Source: Bdellovibrionales bacterium (GTDB lineage Bacteria > Bdellovibrionota > Bdellovibrionia > Bdellovibrionales > JAGQZY01). Taken from it: a DNA stretch of 64,000 nt. The number at the start of each line of letters is the position of its first letter. Positions within the stretch are counted from its first letter, which is position 1. Of this stretch, positions 10,835-19,325 are shown piece after piece. Location of the stretch: contig JAGQZY010000002.1 in NCBI GenBank assembly GCA_020435205.1, positions 22,059-86,058 of the forward strand. The letters run 5' to 3'. A model generated the notes under the pieces. It was not told the origin of the DNA, made no database searches, and saw nothing but the letters and a program-made list of their open reading frames with translations. A program made the position numbers and the translations under genes.

Positions 10835-10858
10835 AATAGGCCCGAAAATGGGCCTATT
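10835..10858 (-). terminator. Stem-loop downstream of the 10895-12010 gene (9-bp stem AATAGGCCC / GGGCCTATT, 6-nt loop)
   Basis: Read directly from the sequence. There is no clear U-tract on the minus strand, so intrinsic-terminator status is uncertain. Confidence 0.3.
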
Positions 10859-10894
10859 TGAAAGTGCTTTTCATTATTTTTTTAAGAACGGGAA

Positions 10895-12010
10895 TTAAGG
10901 AGTGGGAGTGTTCCCTGGATAGGACTCCAAGGGGTCATAGCAATACTCCAGGGGAAGGTTGCGGTCTTCCCCATGAACAAAGCCCGTACCCTTAATAATT
11001 GCCGTCTTGCGCTTGCGAACATCATCTCGCCATTTCGCATTGCTGTCTTTGACTCGAATTTCCAACATTTTTAGCATTTGCTGCTCTTCGGTGGCGTTGG
11101 GGTTTTTCGCAAGCCAGGCATCAAACTGATCAAAATGCTTCTCTTGGAGAGTTCCATTCTGCGTAGCAATATCAAAGAGAAAGAGATAGGCGCGAATCTC
11201 ATTCCAACCCAGACGCTGGCGATAATCGTGGGAGCGCTCGTGCAGGTACTGAGCCGCTTCGATTTGTAGAGTCACATACTCAGGACTGCCGGCAATAGCC
11301 TTCAGTGCGTCTTTCCACTCGGGTTTAAAATCTTTACCCGAGCTTGAGGTGTACAAATTGGCTTTGGCCCAATTCACTGATTTCTGATTATGGGGCTCCA
11401 GGCGAACAACTAATGGATAATAGCGTTTGTCCACAGTCTCACCCAGGACGTTGCGAAGTACAAGTTCGTCCACAATCCCCTTCTCCACATCTTCATCCAC
11501 GCGCGAAAGGGGCGCTAAAGTCGCCGTGGGCGCGCTCGCCTCCCACTCGGTGAGCATTCCCAAAAAGGAGGTCATCATTTCTTGAGTCATGGCTTGTTCA
11601 AAAACGTGGGGGCTGTGGTCGCGAATATGAAGAAGCAGGGGCTGAATACTTCCCTGGCCTAAGTTTTGGTTCAAAATCCCCATACTAAAACCTTGTCCAT
11701 CAAAGTTATTAGAGAGGTTCGTCCACCCAGAGTGTCCTTCAAAACTTCCTGTAATATTGAGAGCCAGGGCGAAGGCACGCTGGTCTTCAAACTGATAATG
11801 GGACGGCCAACTGACTCCGGCAAAGTCCAAAGTCGAGCAGATCTCAAGGTCCCCGGGTTTAGGCTCGGTATTCTCGGCTCCAGGAACTTCGTTCTTGCCA
11901 TTTTCGGCATCCGATAGGCTGTTGAGCCCTTCACTCACATTGTTGGCACAAGCGGCCGTTGAAAACATTAAAAATGTAAGAAAAATAAAATGATGGATAA
12001 GTTTCCTCAT
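10895..12010 (-). CDS. Probable lipoprotein with a lysozyme/chitosanase-like motif (putative glycan hydrolase)
   Basis: I take the start at MRKLIHHFIFLTFLMFSTAAC (ATG complement of 12008-12010) with a signal peptide and Cys. The track ORF extends 33 codons further upstream without signal-peptide character. The motif TGSFEGHSGWTNLSNNFDGQGFSMGILNQN resembles the catalytic Glu plus D-G-x-G loop of lysozyme-like superfamily enzymes. The functional call is weak. Confidence 0.55.
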   Translation of the reverse strand: MRKLIHHFIFLTFLMFSTAACANNVSEGLNSLSDAENGKNEVPGAENTEPKPGDLEICSTLDFAGVSWPSHYQFEDQRAFALALNITGSFEGHSGWTNLSNNFDGQGFSMGILNQNLGQGSIQPLLLHIRDHSPHVFEQAMTQEMMTSFLGMLTEWEASAPTATLAPLSRVDEDVEKGIVDELVLRNVLGETVDKRYYPLVVRLEPHNQKSVNWAKANLYTSSSGKDFKPEWKDALKAIAGSPEYVTLQIEAAQYLHERSHDYRQRLGWNEIRAYLFLFDIATQNGTLQEKHFDQFDAWLAKNPNATEEQQMLKMLEIRVKDSNAKWRDDVRKRKTAIIKGTGFVHGEDRNLPLEYCYDPLESYPGNTPTP

Positions 12011-12155
12011 CGTCGTTTCCCCCTGCTGATTTTCTGAAAAGCAAACTGAGCTTCTTGTTAGACACCCATTGCGAATATGAGAACTTTGCCCCGTTCTCGT
12101 TTGCCCCATCTCTAATCATTTTAACAAAATTTAAAAAAATGGGAGGTTTAGAAGC

Positions 12156-12184
12156 TGCCAACTGGCAAAGATCAGGCCCTGATC
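12156..12184. promoter_or_regulatory. Two back-to-back perfect-arm palindromes (TGCCAACTGGCA and GATCAGGCCCTGATC) upstream of the 10895-12010 gene
   Basis: Read directly: 12156-12167 has 5-2-5 arms and 12170-12184 has 7-1-7 arms, separated by AA. The loops are too short for RNA hairpins, so these are more likely DNA operator sites. They lie about 35-65 nt upstream of a possible extended -10 (TGtTAAAAT, minus strand, 12118-12126). Confidence 0.3.
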
Positions 12185-12220
12185 AGTCTTTCTAGACTTA
12201 GGTACTTTAGCTGAAAACAA

Positions 12221-12248
12221 AAAGGGCCGGATCAATGTCCAGCCCTTT
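12221..12248 (-). terminator. Rho-independent terminator of the subtilisin gene
   Basis: Stem AAAGGGC / GCCCTTT with additional inner pairs, followed on the minus strand by TTTTTGTTTT. Lies 25 nt downstream of the stop at 12273. Confidence 0.7.
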
Positions 12249-12272
12249 GTCTTTTTGAAAACCGAATGGTGG

Positions 12273-13730
12273 TTATTGCATCAAACGGCGAACGTTTAAT
12301 TTACCACCAGAAACTGATTTCCCATTAAGTGAAGAAACCGGTGACGAAGTTCTTAAAAGTGCGTCTTTAATCTCTCTCCAATCCGCGTTTGGATTTTTGG
12401 AAAGATAAAGAGCGGCCGCGCCAGCTACATGAGGCGTCGCCATAGAAGTTCCATCCCAAGTTGCAGTGATGAATCCAGGAATATCAATCACAGTGTCCTG
12501 GTAATCATTGTCTGGAACAGTTGAGTACACTTTCACTCCAGGCGCGCCGATATCAACTGTCGTGCGACCCCAGTTAGAGAAAGCACCCAATTGGTCTGAA
12601 GAATCTAATGCCGCAACACTCACAATATTTTCCATATCGTAAGAAGCTGGTACGCCAGGTTTAGCATCAGTATCATTGTCGTAGCCCACACCCTGATGAC
12701 CATTGCCAGCAGCAGCCACAAAGAGAACGCCACGATCTTTCGCGTAGTTGATCACATCTTTTAAGGCTTGCGCACCTTGTGGGTCATCACCATCGCCTTC
12801 ACTTCCCCAAGAGTTAGAAAGAATTTGGGCACCATTATCAACAGCGTAGCGAACAGCATTGATCGCACCCTCTGTGGTTCCTTGACCTTTTTCAGTCAAA
12901 AAGCGCATAGCCATAATTTTTACGTTTGGAGCGACGCCAGCGATCCCTTTGCCGTTGTCACCACGAGCGGCTACGTTACCGGCACAGTGAGTTCCATGAC
13001 CAGGGTTTCCGCCAGTCAGTACAGCAAAACCTTTAGAAGCTAAATCGTAAGGCTTGTTATCGTTGCTGGCAAAATCCCAACCCACAACATCGTCAACATA
13101 ACCGTTACCATCATCATCAATACCATTGGTGGCCATATTTTTCCCGTTGGCATCTACACCCATTTCACCAGGGTTGCGCCAAAGATTATCGATAATGTCT
13201 TCGTGAGTGTAATCAACACCCGTATCAATCACGGCAACGACGACTTGATCACTGCCTTTTGTCCCTGAAGAACTCCAAGCACCTTTGACATCGTTATCGA
13301 TCATTCCCCACTGCTTACTGAAGTTTGGATCACTACCGCTTCCACCAGTGTTCGTAAGTGGAATATCGGGATTGTCAGTCGCTCTTAAAGCTAAAGTCTG
13401 CCAAGCGCTCTCTTGAGCCGCGAGAGCTTCTGCTTGCGCGCGCAAAACTGGATCATGAACTTCAATATTGGTCATGATTTTTAAAACTTGGTTTTTTTCA
13501 ACGGCCGCCACATCGGGATGGTTGCGAAGAGCTTCCACCTCTTGCTCCGAAAGGTCTACTTTTACCCAGTTGGCTACCTTAAGGTCTTTAACCTGTTGGC
13601 CACTGCGAAGCATTTGGTTTTGAAAATTATTAAGGACAGCGGAGTTTTTGAACTTTATCAAATATCCGTTATCTTTGGCGTAGCCAACTACAGACACAAG
13701 TAGAATGGCAAAAAATAGAATTGATCTCAT
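12273..13730 (-). CDS. Secreted subtilisin-like serine protease (peptidase S8) with N-terminal inhibitor-I9-like propeptide
   Basis: Signal peptide MRSILFFAILLVSVVGYA. Catalytic triad motifs VAVIDTGVDYTHED (Asp), GHGTHCAG (His) and GTSMATPHVAG (Ser). Confidence 0.9.
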   Translation of the reverse strand: MRSILFFAILLVSVVGYAKDNGYLIKFKNSAVLNNFQNQMLRSGQQVKDLKVANWVKVDLSEQEVEALRNHPDVAAVEKNQVLKIMTNIEVHDPVLRAQAEALAAQESAWQTLALRATDNPDIPLTNTGGSGSDPNFSKQWGMIDNDVKGAWSSSGTKGSDQVVVAVIDTGVDYTHEDIIDNLWRNPGEMGVDANGKNMATNGIDDDGNGYVDDVVGWDFASNDNKPYDLASKGFAVLTGGNPGHGTHCAGNVAARGDNGKGIAGVAPNVKIMAMRFLTEKGQGTTEGAINAVRYAVDNGAQILSNSWGSEGDGDDPQGAQALKDVINYAKDRGVLFVAAAGNGHQGVGYDNDTDAKPGVPASYDMENIVSVAALDSSDQLGAFSNWGRTTVDIGAPGVKVYSTVPDNDYQDTVIDIPGFITATWDGTSMATPHVAGAAALYLSKNPNADWREIKDALLRTSSPVSSLNGKSVSGGKLNVRRLMQ

Positions 13731-13907
13731 GAATCCCCCTCGTTGGTCTAGTTTCCAACAACTAAGAAATTGTATTGAGGATTCAACGAATCAATCAAAC
13801 TGAAGCTTACCGAAACTGGCCCGAGGTCTATATGAATAAAACTTTCAAGAAAGCCAGACCTTAGTCCTTGGGTTCAAAAGCACCAATGATTTGCGGGAAA
13901 GTGGGGC

Positions 13908-14687
13908 CTATTGCCCCATGCCCTTAGAGTTTTTTAAGAGCTCCGAGTAGGATGAGTCATCCTGGTCCGATCGCTTGCGAATTAACTCCTGCAACTGATC
14001 GGGCTGGTAGTCGTATTTGCTCTTTAAGACCAATAAAGCCTGACGAACCATCTGCGAGTCTTGGGCATGGCGGGCTAGATCTTTAATGGAGCCTTCTAAC
14101 TTCTGCAAATTGGCTTGAGACTGGCTCGGATCGCCTTCATAGCGATCAAAGAGGGCTTCCATAGCAAGGGCTTTGGCCATATTTTGCTTTTTCACTGCAG
14201 ACATCTCCCCGGCCGGCGCTTCGGGTTCACCAGAAGCTTCCACTTTAAAAATCTCTTCAATGCCCTCACTTGGGTCGGGATGGTTTTGTACAAAAGTTTC
14301 CACAAAAAAGAATATGGATTCTAAATTGTTTTGATTGGCCTCTTCTACTTTTTGAATGGTGTAAAGCTCAAAACCTTTGGGGTCCTCATTGAGCAAAGCC
14401 ACAGCTTGCTCTCGCAATTTTTTTAAACTGTTTTGATCAAGAATCGATAATTTTTTTACTTGGTGTTCAAGTTCATCCAAAGCGGTGTTTTCACTGACAG
14501 AGGACTTATGTTCTTTGGAGTCCTCAGTGCGATCCTCAGCTTTGGGTTTATCCTGGTTATTTTTTTCACTGGCTTCTTTTTCAAAAGGCTCAGGCGCCCA
14601 AGATTTTTGCACGTCGTCTTTAGGAAAGGAGTACCAAATCACCAGAATCAAAACAAAGGATACAATTCCAACCCATTTACTTTTCAC
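13908..14687 (-). CDS. Hypothetical membrane-anchored acidic protein
   Basis: I prefer the GTG start (complement of 14685-14687), preceded by GGGGGA 5 nt upstream, giving VKSKWVGIVSFVLILVIWY (one TM). The track start at 14762 would abut the divergent gene. The remainder is acidic and helical with no recognised domain. Confidence 0.45.
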   Translation of the reverse strand: MKSKWVGIVSFVLILVIWYSFPKDDVQKSWAPEPFEKEASEKNNQDKPKAEDRTEDSKEHKSSVSENTALDELEHQVKKLSILDQNSLKKLREQAVALLNEDPKGFELYTIQKVEEANQNNLESIFFFVETFVQNHPDPSEGIEEIFKVEASGEPEAPAGEMSAVKKQNMAKALAMEALFDRYEGDPSQSQANLQKLEGSIKDLARHAQDSQMVRQALLVLKSKYDYQPDQLQELIRKRSDQDDSSYSELLKNSKGMGQ

Positions 14688-14764
14688 TGCAGTCCCCCGT
14701 CGACAAGCATGCCAATAAGAAGTATATACATACCAAAGGAAAAGGAGTCCCTCCAAATTCAAAA

Positions 14765-15461
14765 TATGCCGCAGAATCCCTCAGTTCAAAAATGGTTAAA
14801 ACAACTTCCCCGCCAAAGCCTGGTTTTTCTTGATATTGATTCCACCCTGGTCACCACCCACCAGCGCAATCAAGCTATCATCAAGGCTTTCTGCAAAGCC
14901 ATGGAAGCAAAGTGGCCAGAGGATTGTCAACGGTTGAGCCAAGCCCATTGTCAGCTAGGCGATTATGGTTACTATTCAGCATTAGACCGACTGAAGTTTT
15001 CCTCACAGGATCCTCAATTTTTGCAAGACTTGGCCGAGTTTTGGCGAAAAAATTTCTTCAGTAACCACTACTTAGACAAGGATGAACCCTACGCGGGCGC
15101 CGTTGAGTTTGTCCACAGACTGATAAAAGATGGACATCAAACTCTCTATCTCACAGGTCGCCACAAGAAGGCCATGTGGGAAGGAACTCTTGAAACCATG
15201 AAGAAACTCGGCTTTCCCATTAGTGAGGATATCTTGATTTTAAAACCCCAGGTGGAACAAAAAGATGAGATATACAAGTCTGAAGCCGTTGCCAAACACA
15301 AGCAGCGCCCGGCTTCATCCATTTGGTTGATCGATAACGAGCCTTTGATCTTGCATCAAATGATGGAAGATCATCCCGAAGTTGAGCTCATTTTCTTCAA
15401 ATCTTGCCATTCACAAAAAAAGCCTGAACCTGAACACTTGCTGACTATCGATCATTTCTGA
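14765..15461 (+). CDS. HAD-superfamily hydrolase (phosphatase-like)
   Basis: I take the start at MPQNPSVQKW (ATG 14765). The upstream part of the track ORF is antisense to the neighbouring gene. HAD motif I present as LVFLDIDSTLV. Confidence 0.65.
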
Positions 15462-15576
15462 CCAGCTCACCTTACCTGAGCCAGTAGTGATTAGAAAGTT
15501 TTCACCTTTGAAATTTCTCCAATTTTTCCCGAATTTGCTACTAAAACGACCTCACTTCGCCTATTCCTTTCAGCCT

Positions 15577-16434
15577 ATGAAAAAAACTGTGAGCCAAAAT
15601 CATTGCGAAATTGCTCAGCAATTAGTCCTATGGGGAGTCTTCGCTTTGATAGCTTTCCTGGGCTCACCCGCAAAGGCTCAATTCCTATGCCAGCAAGTTT
15701 TTATCCAAAAATGGCTGGAACCAGCACCCTCTACTCTTGACCTGCTGGAAAGCTTGGAGGACAAACTCCAGGCCCTACTTGTAGAAAGTCATCAGTGGTA
15801 TGGGAAAGATACGAATAGAGATCTTGAGTATTCCCGTATCAGCGAGCAGCTGTCAGAAAACTTTATCTTACTCGATCACCTGCAAACTCTAGCTCTAGAA
15901 GGGAAACCCATCCGCTGGGAAGACCACCAGGCGTTGATCGACTCCATCAGCACAATTGCACGGGAACTACGCCGCCCCACCGGCCAAGAGGCACAGGAAA
16001 CTGCACATCCCTTAACAAACTCATGGGATTCACTCGTTGCCACTCCAGAAAAAATTGTTCCAGAAAAGCTTTACCAAGCGGAAACTCCTGACGGAAGCCA
16101 GGTGAGCTTTTTATTCTCGGATAAATTGGTAGATAGCTTATTTCGCGCAAAACCTCACCTAGCCACAGCCGTACGCAAGTCTTTACATAAAATCTCCCTC
16201 GGATTCTTTGGCGTTGGCCACAAAGGCTCTGGGGTTAAATTTTTAAATGCAGATAAAAACATAGCAGAAATTCGCATCCTGGGTGGCTCGGATGGGCGAT
16301 TGCGGATTTTTGGCTATGCCCACAACAAGTCCATGCACTTTGTGCACTGGTCTTTGGATGGCGAACACACGACAGCGAAAACGACAAGGGCCATAAACAC
16401 TGTCAACAATATCAAATCTGACCGCGGACACTAA
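15577..16434 (+). CDS. Hypothetical signal-anchored/secreted protein with a RelE/Gp49-like C-terminal segment
   Basis: Start at MKKTVSQNH (ATG 15577) followed by the hydrophobic LVLWGVFALIAFLGSPAKAQ. The C-terminal IAEIRILGGSDGRLRIFGYAHNKSMHFVHW resembles the xELRxxxGGxxxRIxF core of RelE/ParE/Gp49 toxins. This resemblance was judged by eye only. Confidence 0.5.
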   Translation: MKKTVSQNHCEIAQQLVLWGVFALIAFLGSPAKAQFLCQQVFIQKWLEPAPSTLDLLESLEDKLQALLVESHQWYGKDTNRDLEYSRISEQLSENFILLDHLQTLALEGKPIRWEDHQALIDSISTIARELRRPTGQEAQETAHPLTNSWDSLVATPEKIVPEKLYQAETPDGSQVSFLFSDKLVDSLFRAKPHLATAVRKSLHKISLGFFGVGHKGSGVKFLNADKNIAEIRILGGSDGRLRIFGYAHNKSMHFVHWSLDGEHTTAKTTRAINTVNNIKSDRGH

Positions 16435-16992
16435 TCACTTGTGATTATTCTTAAGATAATTGAGAGCCATGGTGATCGATGTCACCATGATACTGTGATC
16501 AATATCGCCAGCGAGCAAATGTCCCTCCACTTGCTGTAAGGAGCATGGGTAAAGCTCCAAGTCTTCATAGGGGTCGAGGTTAGGTTCGGCCACCTTCTTA
16601 CAATCCAAAGCCACATAGGAGTGCATCTGATTCCCCTGCAAAGCAGGGTTGGGATAGTGCGCACCGACCTTAACGATTTCACCAGCCTCATAGCCAGTCT
16701 CTTCCAAAAGCTCGCGCAATGCAGCCTCTTGCATACTCTCATGGCGATGGGGGTCTGAGGATCCTCCAGGAACCTCTATGTGAACCTTTCCTGAGGCCTG
16801 GCGATATTGCTTCAACAGCAAAACCTCTCCCTCCCTCGTCACCGGAAAGACATTCACCCAATCGGGAAACTCAATGACGTAATAGCGAGGCATGATACGC
16901 CCATCAGGGAGTTCACATTTGTCTTCACGGATGTGTAAATAACCGGCTTTAAACAAGGCTTTTGATTCCAAGACTTTCCAATGCATAAACAC
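16435..16992 (-). CDS. Nudix hydrolase (ADP-ribose pyrophosphatase-like)
   Basis: Nudix box GGSSDPHRHESMQEAALRELLEETGY. 185 aa. Confidence 0.85.
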   Translation of the reverse strand: MFMHWKVLESKALFKAGYLHIREDKCELPDGRIMPRYYVIEFPDWVNVFPVTREGEVLLLKQYRQASGKVHIEVPGGSSDPHRHESMQEAALRELLEETGYEAGEIVKVGAHYPNPALQGNQMHSYVALDCKKVAEPNLDPYEDLELYPCSLQQVEGHLLAGDIDHSIMVTSITMALNYLKNNHK

Positions 16993-17071
16993 CTCAATCC
17001 CTTTTTAAATCAGCTTTGCAATTTTGACAAAGGGGCTTTTCTAAATAATAGGGCTAACCTATAAACAAAAC

Positions 17072-17728
17072 ATGAGCCTAACATTAGTTTCTGTACCCAT
17101 AGGCAATCCTGGTGACATTACCCTGCGAGCGCGTCGGACCCTAGCAGAGTGCACACTCGTCATTGGCGAAGAGCGTAAGCCCCTATTCCGCCTGCATCGT
17201 GAATTGGATTTGCCACGCCCGGAAAATTTTGAACTTCTCAATGAGCATTCAACACCTGATGAAGTGACAGCCTTGGCAAAACTCTGCCACGAGCAAAAGG
17301 TGGCCCTGGTCACTGATTGTGGAACTCCCGGCTTCAGTGACCCTGGCGCTCATTTAGTGAAAAGCTGCCGCGAGCTGGGAATTCCCGTAACTGCCAACCC
17401 TGGAGCCTCTAGCCTCACCACTTTTATCAGTTTACTTGGTGTGCCTTTAAAACGCTTTCACTTTGAGGGTTTCTTACCACGAGAAAATAGCGAACGATCT
17501 CAACGTCTCAAGGAAATTTCACAAATCAAAATCCCAGTCATTCTTATGGATACACCCTATCGTTTAAATAAGCTACTTGGCGAGTGTGCCCAGATTTTTG
17601 ATAAACGCTCTTGTGTACTCGGGGTGAATTTGACAAAAGAAGATGAAGCCATTCTGACGGGCTCAGTCTCTCAAGTGAGTAAAAACTATGATGGTGAAAA
17701 AAGAGAATTTCTAATTCTTATTTATTGA
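17072..17728 (+). CDS. rsmI: RsmI-family SAM-dependent methyltransferase (tetrapyrrole-methylase fold), short form
   Basis: N-terminal LTLVSVPIGNPGDITLRARRTLAECTLVIGEE and DCGTPGFSDPG motifs, typical of 16S rRNA C1402 2-prime-O-methyltransferase. At 218 aa it is shorter than E. coli RsmI. Confidence 0.7.
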   Translation: MSLTLVSVPIGNPGDITLRARRTLAECTLVIGEERKPLFRLHRELDLPRPENFELLNEHSTPDEVTALAKLCHEQKVALVTDCGTPGFSDPGAHLVKSCRELGIPVTANPGASSLTTFISLLGVPLKRFHFEGFLPRENSERSQRLKEISQIKIPVILMDTPYRLNKLLGECAQIFDKRSCVLGVNLTKEDEAILTGSVSQVSKNYDGEKREFLILIY

Positions 17729-19263
17729 TGAAGCAATAGTTGTTGATTCAGGTTTATAGCTTGGTTCAAAGTTGCGATTGCACGAATCACGTTTGCTATA
17801 GTCCAATTCAATGGTGAATTGGGAGACACTTTATACACAATATTCCCATTTTCTAGGACTGGAACAAAGGCTTCTGGAAAAATTCCGGGCCTCATCTCCT
17901 CCCCCTCTATGGTTTTTGCTCCGGCCATTGTCAATTGACTCAACATTCTCTTGGCGTGATATTTGGCCTTTTGCAAATATTGGTTTTTTTTTGTCTTAAG
18001 ATAGGTTTCAGAATAAAAAGAAACCAAATCAGCATCCGTCAAAGTCCACTCAGCGGCTCTGGCACCGCGAAGAAACTGGTCTCCAACATAGCGGATATAG
18101 CCCTTTTCCCTCTCTAACACTTTTAATTTACTAATAAGATAGAGTTGATCTAAAAGACTTAATGATTTCATCGGATGCCATAGTAGATGCAAAAGAGCAA
18201 CATCTTGGGCTCGAGCTTCTCCATGAGGGCCATTTTGAACTTCAAAAACAGAACCCTCACTGTCTAACCCCAGTCGCTGTCGGACTAAGCTTGTACCCTG
18301 TGCAATAGCATGATCAAGGCTCTTTAATCCCAAGGACCCTTTTATAGTGTCCCGGGTCTCTCCATGCCACTGACTAAATAAGCTGTCCCATTGTTTTGAA
18401 ATTTCGGAAAAAAATGGCCCCTCGCCACCCTGTGTTCCAAGGCCCTCAGTGTAAAGTCCATCCTTCACTCTTTCAAGAAGGCTTGTCACGAGACCAACAG
18501 AAGAGGTTCTCAAGCCCATGGATTCTTCCCAAGCACCCACATCCCACATTTTCCAAAACTTCAATTGAACAAAATAAGAGGATAACAACAAAAAATTAAC
18601 TCGAGCCTGAGGAGTCAAATCAGACGGCTTTAAAACATCTTTTGCGAGAGCATCCAATAGCGAATGTCCAAGAGCTGCAAGAGCATCGTTTTGTTTGTGC
18701 CCCCAATCGGCCTCTTCTTTCAGCTCATCCACTGTCGACGATCGCCGCTCCTTAAACGGCTCAATCATTCTTCTGATCCAAATCACTGAGTTAAAACCGT
18801 GAGCTTCATCAAGATGCAGCAGGGGATTTCGAATATTTGCCAGAGCCTGCTCTTGTAGATGGGGATCTTCAATGATTTTGACCAAAGCAAGAGCCACCTC
18901 CCGTCGCTTTTCTAAGGCCCGTGCTTGAGCTTTGCCAACATATAACTCGGGAGCGCGCATGAGACCTTGAAAAACTCTTGCAATGTCTCTAAACCAAAAA
19001 AAACGACCATAGTTGCCATGGTGGCCCCCCACTTCTGCTGCGGCGATAAAGCCATCCTGCGTGGGGATCTCAAGAGCTCCTATTTTAACGAGATGCCTTA
19101 CCTTATTATCAAATTCGAAATCCCAAGCCTGCATTTTTGTCATTTTTTGATAGGAGAAAATACTCGAGCATTTATTGCCCGCGGCATGGGCTATGCTTTT
19201 AAAGGGCATTACAATCGACAAAATAAAAAGGATTAAAGATAAAAAAGAAAGATGGGAAGTCAT
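17722..19263 (-). CDS. Secreted (alpha/alpha)6 glycoside-hydrolase family 15-like protein
   Basis: Signal peptide. Motifs FWFRDIARVFQGL, WGHKQNDALAALG and WDVGAWEESMG resemble the GH15 glucoamylase / phosphorylase-kinase-like pattern (W-x-RD, Q-x-D, D-x-WEE). Confidence 0.6.
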   Translation of the reverse strand: MTSHLSFLSLILFILSIVMPFKSIAHAAGNKCSSIFSYQKMTKMQAWDFEFDNKVRHLVKIGALEIPTQDGFIAAAEVGGHHGNYGRFFWFRDIARVFQGLMRAPELYVGKAQARALEKRREVALALVKIIEDPHLQEQALANIRNPLLHLDEAHGFNSVIWIRRMIEPFKERRSSTVDELKEEADWGHKQNDALAALGHSLLDALAKDVLKPSDLTPQARVNFLLLSSYFVQLKFWKMWDVGAWEESMGLRTSSVGLVTSLLERVKDGLYTEGLGTQGGEGPFFSEISKQWDSLFSQWHGETRDTIKGSLGLKSLDHAIAQGTSLVRQRLGLDSEGSVFEVQNGPHGEARAQDVALLHLLWHPMKSLSLLDQLYLISKLKVLEREKGYIRYVGDQFLRGARAAEWTLTDADLVSFYSETYLKTKKNQYLQKAKYHAKRMLSQLTMAGAKTIEGEEMRPGIFPEAFVPVLENGNIVYKVSPNSPLNWTIANVIRAIATLNQAINLNQQLLLHQ

Positions 19264-19325
19264 TGCGGCATATTAGCAAAAGTCGGCACTTTCGATACCT
19301 TTGAAAGCCTTTTATGAAAAATTTT

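Noticed and set aside
12156-12170. TTGGCA within the first palindrome as a sigma-54 -24 element
   Set aside because: There is no TTGC(A/T) -12 element at the required spacing on either strand, so the similarity is confined to TGGCA.
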